Part shown: positions 58,580-64,000 of the stretch, in pieces
Position numbering within the stretch: position 1 is the stretch's first letter
Layout: each line of letters starts with the position of its first letter
Assembly (NCBI GenBank): GCA_020356105.1
Contig: CP070634.1
Span: forward strand, 3,749,119 to 3,813,118
Length of the DNA: 64,000 nt
Reading direction: 5' to 3'
Origin: Rhodospirillales bacterium
GTDB taxonomy: Bacteria; Pseudomonadota; Alphaproteobacteria; UBA8366; JADFVY01
Translations under genes and position numbers: made by a program
Notes under the pieces: model-generated
What the model was told of the DNA's origin: nothing
What the model saw: the letters and a program-made list of their open reading frames with translations, nothing else
The model's database searches: none

Positions 58580-59059
58580 CTACTTCTTTGGCGGTTCTTC
58601 GTGCAGGAGCTCCGACAGGCGGGCCTGTTCCTCGGCTGTCAGTCCTCCCGCCGTCGCGCCGCTGCGCCGGCGCCGCGCCGCGAGCAGCAACGCGCCTCCG
58701 GCGATCAGGAGAATGATCAGCGGACCGAACCAGAGGGCGAACGTGGTCCCCCTCAGCGGCGGCGTGAGCAGCACGTAGTCGCCGTATCGGTCGACGACAA
58801 ACTGGAACACCTCGTCATTGCTGTCTCCGGCGACCAAACGCTGGCGGACGATGATCCGCAGGTCGCGCGCGAGTTCCGCATTGGAATCGTCAATCGACTG
58901 GTTTTGGCATACGAGGCAGCGGAGATTCTGGCTGATTTCTCGGGCACGAGCCTCCAGCGCGGGATCGTCGAGGACTTCATCGGGCTGAACGGCCTGCGCG
59001 GAGGGAAGGGCGACGAGCAGCAGCACGACTGCGAGGATTGCGCTCGGCCAACGAGACAT
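58580..59059 (-). CDS. ccmH: Cytochrome c-type biogenesis protein CcmH
   Basis: ATG at 59059. It has a signal peptide and the motif LRCLVCQNQSIDDSNAELA, followed by a TM helix. Confidence 0.85.
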   Translation of the reverse strand: MSRWPSAILAVVLLLVALPSAQAVQPDEVLDDPALEARAREISQNLRCLVCQNQSIDDSNAELARDLRIIVRQRLVAGDSNDEVFQFVVDRYGDYVLLTPPLRGTTFALWFGPLIILLIAGGALLLAARRRRSGATAGGLTAEEQARLSELLHEEPPKK

Positions 59060-59143
59060 CAGCTTGATTCCTGTGAAGTTGTCACGGTCGGAAGATAGGC
59101 CTATAAACCCCTGTCCGCAAGCTGCGGCCCGCAAATTCTCCGG

Positions 59144-59157
59144 TTGATCTGTGTCAA
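59144..59157. promoter_or_regulatory. FNR/FixK-type anaerobox TTGATCTGTGTCAA (TTGA-N6-TCAA)
   Basis: Seen 55 nt upstream of the hemN ATG. CATAAT lies at 59187 as a possible -10. Confidence 0.55.
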
Positions 59158-59211
59158 CGTCGCCCGGTTCTGCGGGGCATAATCTGGTCGGCCTGTAAGG
59201 AGACCAAGAAG

Positions 59212-60561
59212 ATGGATTCTACCATACTCCAGCGGTACGACAGGCGGGTGCCGCGCTACACCAGCTATCCGACGGCGCCGCATTTTCATTCGGGGATCGG
59301 CGCCGATACATACTCGCGCTGGCTCGCCGCGATCGGTGATCAATCGCCACTGTCGCTCTATTTCCATGTGCCGTTTTGCCACGAGATGTGTTGGTACTGC
59401 GGGTGCCATACCAAGATCGTTCGACGCTACGAACCGATTGGCGGCTATGCGGCGACGCTGGCTGATGAGGTCAAACTCATCGGTTCGGCGATAACGGCGC
59501 GCCCCCCGGTCACCCACATGCATTGGGGTGGCGGCACGCCGACGATACTCTCGGTCGAAGATTTCACGCGGATCATGAACACGATTCGCGGCTCCTTCTT
59601 GGTGGCGCCGGACGCAGAGATCGCGGTCGAGATGGACCCGCGGACTGTCACGCAGGAGATGATCGCGGGATTGGCGAAGGCCGGTATGACCCGCGCCAGT
59701 CTTGGCGTCCAGGACTTCACCGAGCGCGTCCAGACCGCGATCAACCGTATTCAGCCATACGAGATGACGGCACGTGTTGTGGGCTGGCTCCGCGATGCCG
59801 GGATTTCCGGAGTGAATTTCGATCTGATGTACGGCCTGCCGCACCAAACCGTCGAGGACGTCCGTCGCAGCGCCGACCTCACCGCCGAACTCAAAGCGGA
59901 CCGCGTTGCGGTGTTCGGCTATGCTCATGTCCCGTGGATGAAAACGCATCAAAGGATGATCCCGGAGGATGCGCTGCCCGACGGCACCGAGCGGTTCGAG
60001 CAGGCAGAAGCGGCCGCAATGCGCTTGGTCGAGAATGGTTATCGGCGAATTGGTCTCGATCATTTCGCCCTGCCCGGAGATGCGATGGTCGAGGCGCTGG
60101 ATGCCGGCCAGTTGCATCGGAACTTCCAGGGATATACGACCGATCAGGCTCAGGCTCTTATCGGATTCGGGGCATCGTCGATCGGCGCCCTGCCGCAGGG
60201 TTATGTCCAGAATGCGGTGCCGTTGCGAGCCTGGGCGGATGCCGTGCGTCATGGCCGCCCCGCCGTCGACAAGGGCATTGCCCTTAGCGACGAGGATCGG
60301 CTGCGCCGGGCTGTTATCGAGCGGTTGATGTGCGATCTTCGCGTCGACCTTTCCGCTGAATGCCGCCGCTATAACGAGTCAGCCCGGCATTTCGCGGCGG
60401 AACTGCAGTCGCTTCAACCGATGGCGGAAGACGGGCTCGTCATTATCGACGATGACCGAATCGAGATCACCGAGGTTGGTCAGCCGCTGATGCGAACCGT
60501 CTGCGCGGTGTTCGATACATATCTTGCGAGCGGGGCGGGGCGCCATTCCCGAGCAGTGTGA
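59212..60561 (+). CDS. hemN: Oxygen-independent coproporphyrinogen III oxidase (radical SAM)
   Basis: 449-aa ORF. RYTSYPTAP and the radical-SAM cluster motif CHEMCWYCGC are present. Confidence 0.92.
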   Translation: MDSTILQRYDRRVPRYTSYPTAPHFHSGIGADTYSRWLAAIGDQSPLSLYFHVPFCHEMCWYCGCHTKIVRRYEPIGGYAATLADEVKLIGSAITARPPVTHMHWGGGTPTILSVEDFTRIMNTIRGSFLVAPDAEIAVEMDPRTVTQEMIAGLAKAGMTRASLGVQDFTERVQTAINRIQPYEMTARVVGWLRDAGISGVNFDLMYGLPHQTVEDVRRSADLTAELKADRVAVFGYAHVPWMKTHQRMIPEDALPDGTERFEQAEAAAMRLVENGYRRIGLDHFALPGDAMVEALDAGQLHRNFQGYTTDQAQALIGFGASSIGALPQGYVQNAVPLRAWADAVRHGRPAVDKGIALSDEDRLRRAVIERLMCDLRVDLSAECRRYNESARHFAAELQSLQPMAEDGLVIIDDDRIEITEVGQPLMRTVCAVFDTYLASGAGRHSRAV

Positions 60562-60614
60562 CGGCCGTCTTCCAGGTTGGCTGCCGGTTATTTCGAAAGA
60601 CGGCCGTCAGTTTG
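60559..60614 (+). terminator. Long hairpin starting in the hemN stop codon
   Basis: 13-bp perfect stem TGACGGCCGTCTT / AAGACGGCCGTCA with a 25-nt loop, followed by GTTTG. The U-tract is weak. Confidence 0.4.
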
Positions 60615-60699
60615 CCACCAAGGCTGGGGGGTATCGCTGCCCGGCGGCGACCTTCCGGACGTTGTACCGTCCGTGTCTCGCAGCCATTTTGTTACGACT

Positions 60700-60744
60700 G
60701 CGGTGAACGCCTGCTGAATGAGTTGTTCAGCGCAGGTTCAGGTT
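60700..60744 (+). repeat. 45-bp composite element, copy 1: GC.GTGAAC-N5-CTGAATG-N5-TTCA-N5-GGTTCAGGTT
   Basis: It aligns without gaps to 62211..62255. Blocks sit at identical offsets 0/11/23/32, and about 30 of 45 positions are identical. Confidence 0.75.
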
Positions 60745-60879
60745 TCCTGTCGGCCGCGCTGATCGGTCTTGTGATATCGAGTCGGCACTCGGGCGCGGGG
60801 TAGACAAGATGCGACGGCCGCCCCGCGAAGTGCCACCCGGATCTCCGCGAGACAGCCGCCGCAGACGCCGAGAGGGGGG

Positions 60880-62154
60880 TCACGGCTGCTCGGCGACAAT
60901 CTCCCAGCTGCCGTCCGGTTGGCGGCAGGCCGTCCCGTAGGCGTCCTGCAATTCGCCGCCGATCACCACCTGCTGCTGGAATTCCCGGCAATAGCGGCCG
61001 GGTTCGGGCTCATAGGTATTGGTCGGCATGACACTGCCGAAATTTCCTGTCCGGGAATTGCTCCAGGTTATCGTGGTGCAGGACGGGGCGGCTTCCATGG
61101 CATGACCAAACGATCCCGTGGCATAGGCATAGTCTTGCTGATCCATGGCGCGGCCGATATCGCTGCCGATCAGTGCGCCAAGCACCGTGCCAACGCCAAG
61201 CGCGACCAGCTGTCCCTTGCCGTTGCCGACCTGGTAGCCGGCGGCGGCTCCGATTATGCTGCCGAGAATCGCACCGCTCGTTTGATGCGACGTACCGCGG
61301 GCGTATGCGCCGCCGCGGTAGACACCGCCATGCGTGATGCCATCCGCACAGTATGTCGTCTGTTCGCCATGATTATGGTATCCGGGTGCCGTGTGGACGT
61401 GATAGGGCACGAGGTAGTACACCGGATACGCATAGGGCCGCGGATAGGCATCGGTGTAATAGTAGTGCCGCGAACTCGTGCGGTAATAGTAATGGCGTTG
61501 CACGTGATGATACGTCACATGGGTCTCGTGACGGTGGTGCTTGTGTTTGTGCTTGTGGTGATCTTGGCCGTCGTGATGACGTCCGTCATGACCGTGACGG
61601 GGATGGTCCCCGTGTCGTGGCCTTTCGCCGCCACGAAATCGAACAGGCGGGGGCGTCTCGGCGTCGTTGCGGCCTTTCCGGTGTGCCCCGACGTGCGGCG
61701 CCGGTGGGGCCGGAGGACGGTGGAGGGTTCGGTCCCGCCGGGTCTTGTCTCCGCGACCGGCAGGGCGTGGCGGCCGAATTTGCGATGCCTGCTGCTGCCG
61801 ACGATCGAATCTCGGCTTTCCGCCAGGATTGTCGATGCGAGGGGGGCGCTGCGGCGGCGCCGCGTTCCGCGCGTTATAACCCCGCTCGTTCTGCTGTTCG
61901 CGATGAGCGGAAGCCCCCGGCTGCACCGGCCGGGGCGGGTTCGCCGCGTGGATTTGCGCGGGGCCCCGATCACGCAGCTGTTTGCGCATCTTGCGTCGTT
62001 CCGAGTCGGGCTGTCCGACCGTGCTGCGCTGCTGCAGCCAGACCTTGTCCTTGGAACTGGCGTTGGCCGGCGCCCAGGAAAGGCCGGATGCCAGTACCAG
62101 GGTGGCCGCGCATGCGACGAGCTTGAGCCTTGGCGTCAGGGTCGTGAACAGCAT
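60880..62154 (-). CDS. Secreted chimeric protein: disordered Arg/Pro/Gln-rich region + His/Tyr-rich block + glycine-zipper + C-terminal surface-antigen (17-kDa/RT0821-like) domain
   Basis: The signal peptide is MLFTTLTPRLKLVACAATLVLASGLSWAPANA, with ggaggga before the ATG at 62154 (alternative ATG 62166). The His block is HGDHPRHGHDGRHHDGQDHHKHKHKHHRHETH and the glycine zipper is GAILGSIIGAAAGYQVGNGKGQLVALGVGTVLGALIGSDIG. The C-terminus is TWSNSRTGNFGSV..GRYCREFQQQVVIGG..AYGTACRQPDGSWEIV. Confidence 0.7.
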   Translation of the reverse strand: MLFTTLTPRLKLVACAATLVLASGLSWAPANASSKDKVWLQQRSTVGQPDSERRKMRKQLRDRGPAQIHAANPPRPVQPGASAHREQQNERGYNARNAAPPQRPPRIDNPGGKPRFDRRQQQASQIRPPRPAGRGDKTRRDRTLHRPPAPPAPHVGAHRKGRNDAETPPPVRFRGGERPRHGDHPRHGHDGRHHDGQDHHKHKHKHHRHETHVTYHHVQRHYYYRTSSRHYYYTDAYPRPYAYPVYYLVPYHVHTAPGYHNHGEQTTYCADGITHGGVYRGGAYARGTSHQTSGAILGSIIGAAAGYQVGNGKGQLVALGVGTVLGALIGSDIGRAMDQQDYAYATGSFGHAMEAAPSCTTITWSNSRTGNFGSVMPTNTYEPEPGRYCREFQQQVVIGGELQDAYGTACRQPDGSWEIVAEQP

Positions 62155-62210
62155 GGTTCCCTCCATCCAAGATGACCAAATCGTTCGATACTGCAGAGGG
62201 TCTCATATGA

Positions 62211-62255
62211 GCCGTGAACTGAAACTGAATGCCCCATTCATCCTTGGTTCAGGTT
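62211..62255 (+). repeat. 45-bp composite element, copy 2 (divergent promoter region)
   Basis: GCCGTGAACtgaaaCTGAATGccccaTTCAtccttGGTTCAGGTT. It contains the internal palindrome TGAATG-CCC-CATTCA (62226..62240). Confidence 0.75.
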
Positions 62256-62272
62256 CAAGGGCTTACCTGTGG

Positions 62273-62584
62273 ATGATGCGAATGCTCCTGGTTCTGATTG
62301 CCTCAGCTTGGATCGGCGGTCTTCCAGTGGACACGCCCGCGCACGCACAGACGAACCAGATAGCTCAGCGCGACGCCGCGGATTCCGACGAGGTCAAGCC
62401 ATTGTCCGACGTCCTCCAGACGGTCAAGGCGAGAGTCCCCGGCCAGGTCCTTGATGTGCAGCTCGACAAGACCGGGAATCCCCGAACCTATCGGGTTCGT
62501 GTTCGCAGCGACCAGGGCAATGTCGTGCTTGTCGTCGTCGACGCGGAAACAGGGCGGATTCTCTCGACACAGGGGAATCGCTGA
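62273..62584 (+). CDS. PepSY-domain periplasmic protein
   Basis: It has a signal peptide (MMRMLLVLIASAWIGGLPVDTPAHA) and a PepSY-like core (PLSDVLQTVKARVPGQVLDVQL..YRVRVRSDQGNVVLVVVDAETGRIL). An alternative upstream ATG lies at 62207. Confidence 0.7.
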   Translation: MMRMLLVLIASAWIGGLPVDTPAHAQTNQIAQRDAADSDEVKPLSDVLQTVKARVPGQVLDVQLDKTGNPRTYRVRVRSDQGNVVLVVVDAETGRILSTQGNR

Positions 62585-63255
62585 TGCGTTTGCTGGTGGC
62601 TGAGGACGACCCCGACCTGGCAGGTCAGCTGGCCGAGGCACTGCGGGATGCGGGCTATGCCGTGGATCTGACCCAAGATGGAGAGGAGGCCGAGTTTCTT
62701 GGCGAGACGGAGCCCTATGATGCGGTTGTATTGGATCTCGGCCTGCCGAAACTGGACGGTATGACGGTCCTCGAGCGGTGGCGCGAAAATGGGCGGACAA
62801 TGCCTGTTCTGATCCTGACAGCGCGCGACCGATGGAGCGACAAGGTGGCCGGAATTGACGCCGGCGCCGACGACTATCTCGCGAAGCCGTTTCGCGTCGA
62901 GGAATTGCTGGCGCGCCTTCGCGCGCTGATTCGTCGCTCCGGCGGACTTGCCTCGCCCATGATCGATGTCGGGGCCATCCGAATCGATACGCGCAGCAGT
63001 CGCGTGACGTTGCACGGGAAGGCGGTGAAGCTAACCGGGCAGGAGTACCGATTGCTGGCGTTCATGGCGCACAATATCGGAAAGGTGCTGTCCCGGACAG
63101 AGCTGACCGAGCACCTCTATGATCAGGATTTTGACCTGGATTCCAATACGATCGAAGTCTTCATTGGGCGACTGCGCCGAAAATTGGGCGCTCGGACGAT
63201 CGAAACCGTACGCGGCCTGGGATACCGGATGGCACAGCCCGATGATGCTGAGTGA
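62584..63255 (+). CDS. OmpR/PhoB-family response regulator
   Basis: 223-aa ORF. MRLLVAEDDPDL..VVLDLGLPKLDG..ADDYLAKPF precedes a winged-helix C-terminus ending VRGLGYRM. Its ATG overlaps the PepSY stop. Confidence 0.9.
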   Translation: MRLLVAEDDPDLAGQLAEALRDAGYAVDLTQDGEEAEFLGETEPYDAVVLDLGLPKLDGMTVLERWRENGRTMPVLILTARDRWSDKVAGIDAGADDYLAKPFRVEELLARLRALIRRSGGLASPMIDVGAIRIDTRSSRVTLHGKAVKLTGQEYRLLAFMAHNIGKVLSRTELTEHLYDQDFDLDSNTIEVFIGRLRRKLGARTIETVRGLGYRMAQPDDAE

Positions 63256-63282
63256 CGATCTCCACGCCGGTCCTCCGAGTTT

Positions 63283-64000
63283 GTGCGGGTGAGCCGGCAT
63301 CCCCGGTCGCTTGCCGCGCGGCTCGTTATCGCGGCGGTTCTATGGGTCGCCGCGGCGCTCGCCATTGGCGGCCTGCTGATTTCCACTCTGTTCCGGGATT
63401 CCGTCGAGCGAAACTTCGATACCCGACTTACCGTGCATGTCGATTCGCTGATTGCCGTCAGCCGATATGACGATTCCGGCCGCTTGGTGCTGTCTCGTAC
63501 CCTTCCCGAACCGCGGTTCGATCTGCCTTACTCGGGTTGGTACTGGCAGATTGCCGACAGCCGCGGCGTCGTGCTTGTCCGCTCTCGCTCGCTCTGGGAC
63601 CAGACCTTGGACATCACGGCTCCACAAGAGCAGGGCAGCATGCGAAGCGAAGAAATTCGAGGTCCCGAAGGCGCCATGCTGAGGGCGCGGTTCGTCGATG
63701 TCACGCTACCGGAGATGCCGCCATCCGCCCCGCCGCTCCGGTTCGCGGTAGCGGCCGATCGCAGTGCGCTGAGCGACGAATTGCGACCGTTCAATCTTGC
63801 CCTCCTCTGGTCCCTTGGGGCGCTGGGCCTGGGCATCGCGGTCGCCGTCGCGATCCAGGTCCGGTTCGGGTTGCAGCCGCTAAGACGAGTCCGGATCGCC
63901 CTCGCCGATATTCGGGACGGACGGACGCAACGCCTCGAGGGCGATTGGCCGTCGGAGGTCGAGCCCTTCGTTCGCGAGCTCGATTCTCTGCTCGCCCATA
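63283..64000 (+). CDS. Sensor histidine kinase, N-terminal part (runs off the window)
   Basis: The open frame begins at 63256 with candidate GTG starts at 63283 and 63289, and has no stop before the window end. TM1 is LVIAAVLWVAAALAIGGLLISTLF. The periplasmic domain carries LPYSGWYWQI. TM2 is LALLWSLGALGLGIAVAVAI and a HAMP region begins after it. The gene is not in the ORF track. Confidence 0.75.
   Translation, partial: MRVSRHPRSLAARLVIAAVLWVAAALAIGGLLISTLFRDSVERNFDTRLTVHVDSLIAVSRYDDSGRLVLSRTLPEPRFDLPYSGWYWQIADSRGVVLVRSRSLWDQTLDITAPQEQGSMRSEEIRGPEGAMLRARFVDVTLPEMPPSAPPLRFAVAADRSALSDELRPFNLALLWSLGALGLGIAVAVAIQVRFGLQPLRRVRIALADIRDGRTQRLEGDWPSEVEPFVRELDSLLAH

Noticed and set aside
60725-60739. 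Calling GTTCAGCGCAGGTTC an SOS (LexA) box controlling a DNA-damage gene.
   Set aside because: There is no SOS-type gene next to it. The sequence is part of a larger 45-bp element whose second copy has a mismatch (ATTC-N7-GTTC). I kept it only as an alternative interpretation in the findings.
60558-60803. 81-aa plus-strand ORF (and 60524..60706) in the hemN / His-rich-gene gap.
   Set aside because: It starts inside the terminator-like hairpin, has no RBS and no family resemblance. The region is better explained by hairpins and the 45-bp element.

Overview
The window is a visibly GC-rich stretch of alphaproteobacterial-type chromosome. The taxonomic call rests on chvI-chvG, a short HprK, addAB, cbtAB, ihfB-rpsA-cmk-aroA and trpFBA-accD-folC. 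I call about 60 protein genes, one tRNA-Ala(GGC) and one cobalamin riboswitch. I also call one gene fragment, a few hairpin terminators and several short repeats or operator-like sites. Most of the window is conserved housekeeping synteny: polA, ahcY, tsaE-amgK/murU-like-addB-addA-trxA, folC-accD-trpA-trpB, trpF-pyrF, ihfB, rpsA, cmk, aroA and hemN.

I saw no transposase, integrase, phage, CRISPR or recognisable defence genes. Many long ORFs in the six-frame track are antisense or out-of-frame artefacts of the high GC content. Several true genes start well inside the listed ORF, often with 4-nt ATGA/GTGA overlaps to the upstream gene.

The regions that most deserve a second look are:
1. 60.7-64.0 kb: a chimeric His/Tyr-rich glycine-zipper surface-antigen protein. 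It is bracketed by two copies of a 45-bp element with 11-bp-phased TGAAC/GTTCA half-sites, and sits next to a PepSY-response regulator-kinase module.
2. 11.6-15.3 kb: a three-gene, split-beta, Co-type nitrile-hydratase-family enzyme (thiocyanate-hydrolase/toyocamycin-NHase-like architecture). It is convergent with a B12-riboswitch-controlled cbtB-cbtA-HugZ-like operon. cbtB is absent from the ORF track.
3. 0-5.5 kb: an MMPL/RND + LolA-like + predicted outer-membrane barrel module behind a long HxlR regulator.
4. An accessory TRAP transporter/PEP-mutase-family block, carrying REP-like repeats, inserted into the trp-accD-folC block.

All functional calls come from reading motifs by eye. No database search was run.
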